Source: Candidatus Heimdallarchaeota archaeon
GTDB lineage: Archaea; Asgardarchaeota; Wukongarchaeia; Wukongarchaeales; JBHIFL01
Assembly (NCBI GenBank): GCA_046761065.1
Contig: JBHIFL010000001.1
Span: forward strand, 96,001-160,000
Direction of reading: 5' to 3'
DNA length: 64,000 nucleotides
In this document: positions 49,283 to 58,293 of the stretch, piece after piece
Position numbering within the stretch: the first letter of the stretch is position 1
Layout of the letters: every line of letters begins with the position of its first letter
Made by a program: the position numbers and the translations under genes
Notes under the pieces: generated by a model
The model's input: the letters and a program-made list of their open reading frames with translations, nothing else
Database searches by the model: none
What the model was told of the DNA's origin: nothing

Positions 49283-50032
49283 TGGCTATCCCTTTCCATC
49301 GTTTTCGTTATGAGAAAAGAGATTTACAGAAACATTTGATATCCCCAAACCCTATGCTTTGTTACCCCAATAAGAACTTAAGGTATCCGCCCTACCAATT
49401 TATTAGAGAATACTTAATCACTTTAGAAAGCACTTGAATATACCCAAATCTTTTGTTTGTGGCATTTCATATCTCCAATAAAAATATAAAATAAAGGACT
49501 ATTCCCCTTGTGACATGAACCTCGATTCTAATGTGTAACATGCAATAAGAGTAACCGTTGACTTCGCCACGTTTACCTTCCCCTTTCATCTTTTCGAGGG
49601 CATTTCTCACCAGCTTGCAAGCTGTTGGAATTTCAGGCACTGCAATGCTATAGAATATAAGTTGTCCAACTTGCCTTGACTACTTTTTTTGCTTTCATGG
49701 AGTCTGAGATGCTGCGACGTAGTACTCCCACTGTTAAGATAACTTATGTGGTGTTTGAGAATTGTACAAATTTCCTTAATGACCATTATGATATAGGTGT
49801 TAGAAATGAAGGGATTTGAAAACAACTGCAATTGCCCTTGCCTTCCAAGGTTAATAACCTCTTCGCACACTTAGATATGACTTCTATTGCCAAATGGACG
49901 TTTGACTTTCTCTTCTTTTCTAGATTGTTTTAAGTCGATTGAGGATTTATTGAAAATCTGATTCAAGACCAGTGAAGCATATCTGGTTAGCAAAATAACT
50001 ACCTATTTTAATAATTGGAGCTTATAACTGTC

Positions 50033-50161
50033 ACGTAATTGATACTTCTGCACTAGATAAATTGCCTCCAACCTCATAAATTATTATATTCCCTACAATA
50101 TAAATTTTGTATGAGCGATTCATCTTCCTGCATTTGCAGGGAGTCTTTTCGCCAATTTTTG
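50033..50161 (-). mobile_element. Remnant left end and first codons of a second tnpB element
   Basis: Reverse strand AAATTGGCGAAAAGACTCCCTGCAAATGCAGGAAGATGAATCGC closely matches the left end at 12797-12840. About 50 nt later IYLVQKYQLR matches the TnpB start MYLVQKNHLR. Confidence 0.8.
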
Positions 50162-50248
50162 ATAAAAAAACATTAAGACCTACACCTATGTAGAATTCTT
50201 CAGGAAGTTAGGAATAATCAAAAACTGCTAGAACTCCATGTAGCTTAT

Positions 50249-51673
50249 ATGATGACAACACAAACTTTGCAGGGGACTTTCTTGTCGACCTATTTACCTA
50301 TGAAGGATGATCTTAATACTATTCAAGATGATCAACTCCCAAATTGGTTTGTTTTAAAGAAATTTCGGAATTTGGAAATAGATATCAATTTATGGGCGGA
50401 TTATGCCAATAGCCGAGTAGATAAATTCATTCGAGAAAATATCTGGTCTGCTGCTTCAGATGATCCAGAAAAGGAGAAACAAGAAGCCGCAGGGCACCTT
50501 TTGTTACGGTTAGCCGCCTCTACGAATCCACGACTTGCGTCATGGCTTGTGGAAAAAGAAGGGGATTTGTTTTCTTACCGGTATAGAAATGCAAGTTTGA
50601 AGGAAAAACTAAAAATCGCCAAGGTATTATTTGGTTCCCCCCATGTGAAAACAATAAAAGAGCTGGAACTCGATTTTGGAAAAGATATTATAGCGCGCTT
50701 TGATCTAGATCGTCAAATAAAATATAAGAGCAAAAGATATGAAAAGGTATTAACGAAAACAGGAAAACCCGCAATTCGCGCTGTCTCCGAAATCCAAGTT
50801 CTTCCTCCAAAAGATGGAACGCATGTAGCATTCTATTTTTCAACTGTTCCAGATGTGATTAGTGAGCGGAAAACACTTCTTTACCTTGGCTGGGCGATTG
50901 CTCCTATGTTTGTTTTTCACCTAAGTATCAAACGGGCTTTTGAAGCTCAACTTCAGGAAAAAATTGAAGAATCCGATGAAAGATTAAAACTCGATAAGCG
51001 TGTGGCAAACTTAGCGAATCGCCTTGCCAAAAAAATGGAAGATGTAGTCAGTATTCCAAAGCAACTCGATCTAGAAGAAGACTTATCAGACACACGCTTA
51101 TACAAACGTTATGATTTATTTCCTTTATGTTCGCGGGATCTGATTTCAATATTACTAGGAAAGGGCCATCTCTCGCACCACAAGAACCTCCAACTTGGGT
51201 TTTACTTGAAAGCTCTTGAGATGCCTTTGGACGAACAGATGTGGTTCTGGTATGAAAATTCGATTGATAATGTAGGTCTATCCTTTGAAGAGTATGAACG
51301 GAAAGTGGGCTATCTAATCCGTCATATCTATGGACTTGAAGGGCGAAAAATAGATTATCACGCACCAAAATGTGAGACAATATTTAAACGATACTATTGC
51401 CCCTTTATACATCGCTCCCTCGAAAATATCGAGGTATTAGTTCGCGAAAACTTGGATTTTAGTCCGAAGGCTCTGACAGAAAAAGGATCGACTCTGTCCA
51501 AAATTCAGGAACTCTCTGCCACCCGCCAAGCAAGAGCCGCGTGCTCTTTACTATTCGAACTCAAGTTTGGCCGAAAAGTCTCCATCTGGCACCCCATTCA
51601 ATACGCACGAGAAGCAATGTTGATTCAGAAGACCTTGTCTGAAAAGAATAAAATAAAAAAACATAAAGATTGA
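50249..51673 (+). CDS. priL: DNA primase large subunit
   Basis: GHLLLRL, W.V.KE..LF.YR, FPLC...HLSH...QLGFYLK, YLIRHIYG, Y..PKC..I..YYCPF, AC (4Fe-4S domain), HP.QY. Confidence 0.9.
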   Translation: MMTTQTLQGTFLSTYLPMKDDLNTIQDDQLPNWFVLKKFRNLEIDINLWADYANSRVDKFIRENIWSAASDDPEKEKQEAAGHLLLRLAASTNPRLASWLVEKEGDLFSYRYRNASLKEKLKIAKVLFGSPHVKTIKELELDFGKDIIARFDLDRQIKYKSKRYEKVLTKTGKPAIRAVSEIQVLPPKDGTHVAFYFSTVPDVISERKTLLYLGWAIAPMFVFHLSIKRAFEAQLQEKIEESDERLKLDKRVANLANRLAKKMEDVVSIPKQLDLEEDLSDTRLYKRYDLFPLCSRDLISILLGKGHLSHHKNLQLGFYLKALEMPLDEQMWFWYENSIDNVGLSFEEYERKVGYLIRHIYGLEGRKIDYHAPKCETIFKRYYCPFIHRSLENIEVLVRENLDFSPKALTEKGSTLSKIQELSATRQARAACSLLFELKFGRKVSIWHPIQYAREAMLIQKTLSEKNKIKKHKD

Positions 51674-51859
51674 ATCCAAAGAAATGAATCTATTCTGAAA
51701 AACCCATTAATGCTCACTACACAGGGTTTTCCTCCACACCAGGAATATTTGGTTGTAGCTACATGCTTCGCTCTCGAAAAATTAGATGTTCCCCTCAACT
51801 ATCATCTTAGTACGCTTCGCAACCCATTAAAAGCCTGTCTAAAACATGTGAGGACTTAA

Positions 51860-52843
51860 ATGATGAGTAAACCTTGGAAACCCTCCCTTGAGCTTTTAGG
51901 TAGATACTATCGCGAAGTTTTTCAACCGGATCAACTCGTCTCACTCGTCGGTCTAGCAGATTTCCGACAACGCGAATTTGGGTTTCTCTTGGCAGATAAT
52001 GTCTTTATACGAAATATCTCTTTTAAAACACCTTCAGCCATCAAAGAGTTTATGAGCACCCGCGTCCCCCTTCAGGCCCATGTGGGGGGGGTCTATGACA
52101 AACCTCCTTCGAAAGAAAACCCCATATCGCAAACTGGTTGGAAGTATCGTGAACTAGTGTTTGATATTGATCTAAACGAATATGATGCAGTTCGTATATG
52201 TGGCTGTCGTGGCTCAGAAACCTATTGTGATGAATGTTGGAGCTTGATAAATGATGCGATGCTTTTCCTTGATGATACCTTTCGAATGGATTTCGGGTTT
52301 AAGCAGTTAATATGGCTTTTTTCTGGTCGAAGAGGAGTCCATCTGTGGATTGGTGATGATGAAGCAAAATTTCTGAACCAAGAGGTCAGAGCTGCGATAA
52401 TCAACTATCTTACAATGATTCGAGGCGATGAGTATCCTTTTAATGTAGAACAACTCCCGTATTATGGAAAACTGCTCGGTGCAAGAATCATCGAGTTCAT
52501 CGCGACTCCATATATCCGTCATGCCTCCCTCGAAGAACTTCAAGCCCAAGGGTTTCGAAAAAACGAAGCCCAGGCGTTAAAAGAAAGTATAGTGAATAAA
52601 CGCATTCGAAGGGAGAGTTTTGCCCAGACTCTTCCGACGGACGTCGAACCCGGTAAATTGCTTCACCAAGCGATCCGTATGAGATACCCCCGCATCGATC
52701 GCTCTGTGACACTTGATACACGTCATTTGCTTAGAATGGTTGGATCCATTCATGATAATACTGGTAAAATGTGCTGCATCATCAAAGATATTGCCAATTT
52801 CACGCCGGATATGGCTCCAACTATTTGGAACCTGCTTCAATAG
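51860..52843 (+). CDS. priS: DNA primase small (catalytic) subunit
   Basis: REFGF, RELVFDID..EYD.VR.CGC....CDECW, FSGRRGVH, YPRID..VT....HLLR..GSIH. Confidence 0.94.
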   Translation: MMSKPWKPSLELLGRYYREVFQPDQLVSLVGLADFRQREFGFLLADNVFIRNISFKTPSAIKEFMSTRVPLQAHVGGVYDKPPSKENPISQTGWKYRELVFDIDLNEYDAVRICGCRGSETYCDECWSLINDAMLFLDDTFRMDFGFKQLIWLFSGRRGVHLWIGDDEAKFLNQEVRAAIINYLTMIRGDEYPFNVEQLPYYGKLLGARIIEFIATPYIRHASLEELQAQGFRKNEAQALKESIVNKRIRRESFAQTLPTDVEPGKLLHQAIRMRYPRIDRSVTLDTRHLLRMVGSIHDNTGKMCCIIKDIANFTPDMAPTIWNLLQ

Positions 52844-52946
52844 TTCCCCAAAAATGAAATTTATCAGAAGCCGTTACATACTTAATACGATAAAACCTGC
52901 TTCAATGAAGTCTTTCATTCATGATTAAGTTCTCTCTGAGAATAAG

Positions 52947-53125
52947 TGGCGGGCCTGGTGGGATTTCCAAAGGAAAGACAATCTTTCGCTATTATTTGAA
53001 CCCACGACAGCCAGCTTTCTCCTTTTATGGCAAAGAGCCAAAAATGGCCCCAAATAGGAGGCTGACGCTCTATCTAGCTCTTAGTTCTTAAATGAACGAA
53101 GAAATCCATGCTGAGCTACAGGCCC
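52947..53125 (-). tRNA. tRNA-Arg(CCT) with three introns (D-loop 53072-53103, anticodon 37/38 53017-53054, T-loop 59/60 52964-52994)
   Basis: Spliced: GGGCCTG TA GCTC AGCATGGATA GAGC G TCAGC CT-CCT-AA GCTGG CTGTC GTGGG TTCAAAT CCCAC CAGGCCC G CCA. BHB motifs at the anticodon and T-loop junctions, relaxed motif at the D-loop. Confidence 0.9.
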
Positions 53126-53454
53126 AACTTTTCTCTTGGTGTTCCGGGGGATAGCAGAGAGCATTATCTATCTCATGTGAAACCTTATATCAAGTTATTT
53201 ATTCTTGTGCTTAGTTAGTGCAAAAAATCAATAGTAAACCAGATTTAACCCTATGATTTATTGGGAATGAATTCTAATGGTTAACAGTTGATGGTTTCCA
53301 AAAAAAGGGAAAAATTATTCAAAAGTTTTAATCAATTTTCTGAACTTCCTTCTGCAGTTTAATTGAAGATATGTGCCCCATAAACTACGTTCGTGCATAA
53401 TTTGTTTGTTAAATAAGGGGAAGTGGGAATTATATCCCAGTCGGGGTGAGCATC

Positions 53455-55434
53455 CTAGTTCTCGTAATCTTCGTTAGCGATGACTATGAATGGACGCATC
53501 ATTTCATTGTCTTCGTGATCGAGGATGTGGCAGTGCCAAACGTATCCTGGGCCTTCAGTGGCATCAAATGGATAGTCAGGGCTTCCATCGATGGGTGCAA
53601 AGCGCACTCGAATGACAGTGACCTGCCTAGGGTGAGCCTGAATGGTATCCTTCCAACCCTGCTCGTTCGGTGGTGCTTCCATCGGCATTCCCATCAAGTA
53701 GGGTTCAATGGGCAACTCATTTGGTGTATAACTCAGTGGAAATGGTGGCTCGCACGGTGCATTAAGCTCGATCCAATCATCCCAGTACTCTTCGGCATCA
53801 ATCCATTGCCGACTGATGAGCTGGAACTGAACCAGGTGCAAGTGGATTGGGTGTGTGTCCTCTGTAGGATTAACGATTACCCACTCTTCTGTTGAACCGA
53901 GCTTAGGCAGTTCAGTTATATCAGCAGCCCATTTTTGACCGTTTAGGAGGACCTCCAAGGGTTCGTCAGCCGAACTCATGACTTCGACCAATGGCAATAT
54001 TCTCTCCTCACTAATCTCCTCTGGCAATGTGGGCCACTCATCAGTAAGGAGATTGTTAAGCGGATCTTGTAGCGGTTTTGACGCAAATCCTGCACTATCA
54101 GTTACTGTGAATTGCATTATTTGTCCTACTGTCTTTGGATCAGCTGGGTTACCACCTGGTGCGCCACCTTTGAATGGTGCATCGGCAGTGTTTGTAAGTA
54201 TCACTTTGGTTCCTGTTTCTAAGCCTGAAAAGTCAACCAAAATGTCCGCCCTTTCACCAGGTGCGATAGTAAGCGCTTCTAGCCCATATACTGCTGATTT
54301 CAGGTAGCCACCATCACTCCCAATCTGTGTGAATGGTATGAGATCGCCATATCCTAATGGATTCCCCATTGAATCTTCACCGTCTTTTTCATAGAAGCTG
54401 AGCGTGTAGAAGCGTGCGTTTGACCCGTCCAAAAGACGGAGTCGGTACTGTCCCTTGTCCACGTTCAAATTTGGCCAGACCTTGCCATTAACCATTATTG
54501 TATTGCCAAAGAATTCAGGCTGCCAGTATGGGTGAACATCAGGGTTATTGCCGTCACTAGGGAAATACATTGAGCCGTCCTCCAGAAATATACGATCTTG
54601 AATCACGAGGGGTATCTCATATTTTCCAGAGGGCAGTAATGGAGCAACTTCGTCGGTGGGGTCTCGTAGGAGGTAGAAACCGGCAAGTCCCGACATAACA
54701 TTCAGGCGGGTGATGCCCAAGGCATGGTCGTGATACCACAGGGTTGTCGGCGGTTGCTCGTTCGGGTATACAAAGACGGCAGTATTGCCACCTTTAGCGC
54801 GTCTAGCTGTGTTGTACGTTGGACCGTGTTTCCCATTGATAGTGAACCAAGCATCTGGGTGACCGTCGGAGGTCGACTGGACTTCGCCTCCATGTAAGTG
54901 GGGGATTAGTGGAACTGGCCTTTGAGCTTCTGGATAACCTGGTGGGAAGAGGGGAGCTTCGACTGGATATTCTGGCATTGGGAAGTTATTGGGGTTCGCC
55001 CAGTGAAGAGTTGGGTCAATCGCAAACATATGCGAAGACCAAATCCTGTTTTGCCAGTTCACGTAAGAGGGGATGCCTCTAACTGCTTCGAAGGTAGGTC
55101 CTGGCGAATTTCGGACAAAGCCTAACCGGGTTCCTGTTACCGCATCTTTGGCTATACCTCCATAACCCCAAACCACTGTGGTCGGGTATCCGGGAGGTAA
55201 AATCTGCTGCTTGAAACTTTGCATAACAACGGTGTACTCATGTCGTATCACTTCACTGCCTCTGCCTTTAATCACTCTTGGAACATATTCTGGCGGTGGA
55301 CCAGCTAGTTGATTCACATACTTAGGAATAGTCTTCGGATCCAAAAAAACCGAGGCATCGGCTGAAGCTGGTGATGCTAGTACAAACACGAAGATTATGA
55401 GTAAACCAAGACTAAGGTTCTTTGTGTTGTGCAT
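53455..55434 (-). CDS. Secreted multicopper oxidase (CotA/bilirubin oxidase-like)
   Basis: Signal peptide. Cu motifs HLHG, WYHDH, HPIHLH, WHCHILDHEDNEMM. Confidence 0.94.
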   Translation of the reverse strand: MHNTKNLSLGLLIIFVFVLASPASADASVFLDPKTIPKYVNQLAGPPPEYVPRVIKGRGSEVIRHEYTVVMQSFKQQILPPGYPTTVVWGYGGIAKDAVTGTRLGFVRNSPGPTFEAVRGIPSYVNWQNRIWSSHMFAIDPTLHWANPNNFPMPEYPVEAPLFPPGYPEAQRPVPLIPHLHGGEVQSTSDGHPDAWFTINGKHGPTYNTARRAKGGNTAVFVYPNEQPPTTLWYHDHALGITRLNVMSGLAGFYLLRDPTDEVAPLLPSGKYEIPLVIQDRIFLEDGSMYFPSDGNNPDVHPYWQPEFFGNTIMVNGKVWPNLNVDKGQYRLRLLDGSNARFYTLSFYEKDGEDSMGNPLGYGDLIPFTQIGSDGGYLKSAVYGLEALTIAPGERADILVDFSGLETGTKVILTNTADAPFKGGAPGGNPADPKTVGQIMQFTVTDSAGFASKPLQDPLNNLLTDEWPTLPEEISEERILPLVEVMSSADEPLEVLLNGQKWAADITELPKLGSTEEWVIVNPTEDTHPIHLHLVQFQLISRQWIDAEEYWDDWIELNAPCEPPFPLSYTPNELPIEPYLMGMPMEAPPNEQGWKDTIQAHPRQVTVIRVRFAPIDGSPDYPFDATEGPGYVWHCHILDHEDNEMMRPFIVIANEDYEN

Positions 55435-55606
55435 TTTTTATACCTCAATTTTTTGTATAGTTTGTGATAATGTGAGATATTGTCCTTTTATGTTGGATAG
55501 TTTCTTTTTAGTTAGTTAATTTCCATTTGGCTATTGGGTGTACCTTACATTTCGAAGGCAATTATTCTCCAAAAAGTAGGATCCACAAGGATCTACGAGA
55601 GAACCT

Positions 55607-55684
55607 CCAAATAGGATGCTATTGCTCTGTCTGGTTCATAGTCCAGTTAAATGAACTAAGGAATCCATGCTGAGTTACAGATCC
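55607..55684 (-). pseudogene. Degenerate duplicate of the 5' half of tRNA-Arg(CCT), including its D-loop intron
   Basis: Manual alignment to 53050-53125 gives 62 identities in 78 columns. The CCT anticodon and the start of the anticodon intron are kept; the stems are broken. Confidence 0.8.
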
Positions 55685-55769
55685 TGTTCTCCTTTTTTTA
55701 TGGAACATTAGAAATAGTACCATCTTGAATGCAAGACCAAAAATAAACCTAATGTAAAATTATAGTTGT

Positions 55770-57104
55770 TTATGATAGTGTTTTGAGCACATCTTCAAAA
55801 ATGTTTAGACCTATTGTTAGCTCATCCTCATTGATAATCAACGGGGGAACGATTCGAATAAGGGATTTCCCTGCCGGGAGCACGACAAGCCCTCGTTTGA
55901 ATAGAGACTTAGTCATTTCGCTCTGTTCTTCTTTTGCAGGCTCCTTTGTTTTTTTATCTTTTACAAATTCAATACCAATCATAAGGCCTTTGCCCCGGAC
56001 ATCACCAACAATCTCATAGTCCTCTTTCCACTCATTAAGGCGTTTGAGAGCGATTTCACCCATGCGTGCAGCATTTTCGACAAGCCGCTCTTCTTCGATA
56101 ATCGCAAGGGTGGTTAACGCCGCTGCACATGCTAGCATGTTTCCACCATAGGTATTGGCATGAGCTCCCTGAACCTCAAAGTTATAGTCTTCTCGCATCA
56201 CAGTAGCACCCAGTGGGATCCCGTTGGCAATAGCTTTCGCGATTGTCACTACATCAGGAGCGACACCATAATGTTCAATTCCAAACATCTTACCTGTCCG
56301 CCCTATTCCCGCTTGGATTTCATCTGAAACAAATGCGATACCATGGCGCTTACAAGTAGTTGCAAGGTCTTGGATAAACTCGTCAGGAGGAGTTACATAT
56401 CCCCCTTCACCTTGAATTGGTTCGATAAAGAGAGCGGCTACGTCAGAAGCTGGAAGGAGGGTTTCAAACAAGACTTCTTCTAAGAATTTTCCACACCAAA
56501 CTCCACAATCGGGGTATTTAAGCTTGTACGGACAACGATAGCAGTATGCATAAGGAATATGAACTACTCCTGGCATAATCGGCATATACAGCTGGCGGTG
56601 AACGGGTTTACTGGCTGTTAAGGCTAAAGAACCCATGGTGCGGCCATGGAACCCCCCGATTGTACTGATAAAAAAAGGGCGCTTTAATGCCCGTTTTGTG
56701 GCTTTGATTGCCGCTTCATTTGCTTCCGTTCCAGAATTTGATAAGAAAACTCGCTTTCCAAAAGTACCTGGGGTAATTTCTGCTAATTTCTCAGCAAGTT
56801 CTACTTGACGGGGATTGTAGTAATCTTGACCAGCTGCATGCACTAGGGCTTTTGCTTGTTCATATATCGTCTCGGTGTATCGCGGGTGATTATATCCAAT
56901 GTTTGCTACAGCGATTCCTGCCGCAAAATCCAAAAACACATTCCCATCGACATCTTCGAGATAAACTCCATCGCCACTTGTAAATACAACGGGGAATACT
57001 TTGGTTGATGTGGCGAGTGCCTTCGTGTCCCGTTCTACAACCCTTTTAGCAATTGGCCCCGGAATTTCGGTAACAAGTTTCGGTTCTTTTTCGATCTTTG
57101 ACAT
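55770..57104 (-). CDS. PLP-dependent aminotransferase class III (GabT/ArgD-like)
   Basis: DVDGN.FLDF, NSGTEANE, GFHGRT, EPIQGEGG, DEIQAGIGRTG, AKAIANG, GDVRGKGLM. Confidence 0.92.
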   Translation of the reverse strand: MSKIEKEPKLVTEIPGPIAKRVVERDTKALATSTKVFPVVFTSGDGVYLEDVDGNVFLDFAAGIAVANIGYNHPRYTETIYEQAKALVHAAGQDYYNPRQVELAEKLAEITPGTFGKRVFLSNSGTEANEAAIKATKRALKRPFFISTIGGFHGRTMGSLALTASKPVHRQLYMPIMPGVVHIPYAYCYRCPYKLKYPDCGVWCGKFLEEVLFETLLPASDVAALFIEPIQGEGGYVTPPDEFIQDLATTCKRHGIAFVSDEIQAGIGRTGKMFGIEHYGVAPDVVTIAKAIANGIPLGATVMREDYNFEVQGAHANTYGGNMLACAAALTTLAIIEEERLVENAARMGEIALKRLNEWKEDYEIVGDVRGKGLMIGIEFVKDKKTKEPAKEEQSEMTKSLFKRGLVVLPAGKSLIRIVPPLIINEDELTIGLNIFEDVLKTLS

Positions 57105-57630
57105 TAATATCACTCCTGCTTTTTACTTCTTGTTGCATAAAAGCCCCTGAGTGAGGGATTCGCATCCAAACTGTCGAGTGTATATCTTTTCACATTGGAC
57201 TCGTTATAAAACGAATGATTCATCTTCATCCCACGAATATTCCATCTCGACAGGGCCAGGAAGTGTGTCTGGCTGTCCTGCGAGTGTTGCCAAAGCAAAT
57301 AGGCAGCAAAGTTCTAGATTCATGGCAGGAAAAGTGTCAAATATAAGAGGGGAGACAAGAGGAATAACTCATAGATAGGGGGATTGTATTCTTTTTAATA
57401 TTTGTGGGAGAATACACCGCTGCTTAGAGTGTGGTAAATCCAACGAGGGTAAAGATAGCTGGACCTCTTCATATATCTATGGATATCCTCCTTTCTTTCC
57501 TCCCCCAACCGTTCCTATGGTATAACTCTGCACCCAAAATTTGTCCTGAATTCTTCTCTTAATTCCAAGATCTATATTTCCTCGGATTTCCCCGTCCACC
57601 ACACAACAATTACAAAAACAACGATAGGAA

Positions 57631-57660
57631 AAGCTTCGTCCCTAGGACGGAGTAGTTCAC
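57631..57660 (+). mobile_element. Solo IS605/IS1341-type right-end hairpin
   Basis: AAGCTTCGTCCCTAGGACGGAGTAGTTCAC resembles the intact right end AAGCTTCGCCCGGCAGGGCGGGGTAGTTCAC with a compensatory stem change. No tnpB upstream. Confidence 0.75.
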
Positions 57661-57769
57661 TACTTATCATGGAGTAAGAAGCTGTGCTTGGTGGAAAGTG
57701 CTGCATCTTGTATATTAATTGCCTAAAGAAAAAAAGAACAGCCTAGATAGTCTTTAATCTTAAGGTTAG

Positions 57770-57930
57770 CGGGCCCAGCGGGATTTCCAAAGGAAAGGCC
57801 TGCTTTCTCTTCTTTGAACCCGTGACCCCCAGCTTTTTACCACCAATAACAGCATTTAGGTGTCCGCAAGCTGGTGCTCTAGACGACCCATCTTTTGAAG
57901 GGGGTTCTATCCAAACTGAGCTATGGGCCC
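57770..57930 (-). tRNA. tRNA-Arg(GCG) with three introns (D-arm ~22/23 57879-57906, 37/38 57835-57863, 59/60 57784-57812)
   Basis: Spliced: GGGCCCA TA GCTC AGTTTGGATA GAGC A CCAGC TT-GCG-GA GCTGG GGGTC ACGGG TTCAAAT CCCGC TGGGCCC G. Clean BHB at 37/38 (TTGC/GTAA core, CACC/GGTG outer helix). CCA not encoded. Confidence 0.88.
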
Positions 57931-57952
57931 AATGATTTGACTTGGGATTCGG

Positions 57953-57958
57953 TTTAAA
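57953..57958 (-). promoter_or_regulatory. Putative TATA box of tRNA-Arg(GCG)
   Basis: TTTAAA located 23-28 nt upstream of tRNA position 1. Confidence 0.4.
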
Positions 57959-58293
57959 TGCTTAAAGTTTTTGGGTTGTAGAGAAGAATTCAATGGCAAC
58001 CTTGTATCAAGCTCTATAAAAATATTTATTCTTTTTTGATTGAAAATCAATTAGCAATAGGCTTTATATTTGGAAAAATGGCAAGAGTAAAGACATATTT
58101 CGACAAATCAAAGTCTTGCCTTTCTATAACACAGCTCTCTTGGTTTCCACCTAATCATAAGTAGCTATTTCCAATTCACCATACTGTTCTCACCATTCTT
58201 CTAATAAATGAATGGGGAAAGCTTCTTAATTAAGAAAGCAATTTCTTAGTAAAAAAATCTATGCTGAGGGGTTGAGAGCCGACGATGATATTA

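Noticed and set aside
50033-57660. Composite transposon formed by the solo left end (50161) and solo right end (57660) around priL-priS
   Set aside because: The ends are on opposite strands and the left end points away from the enclosed genes.
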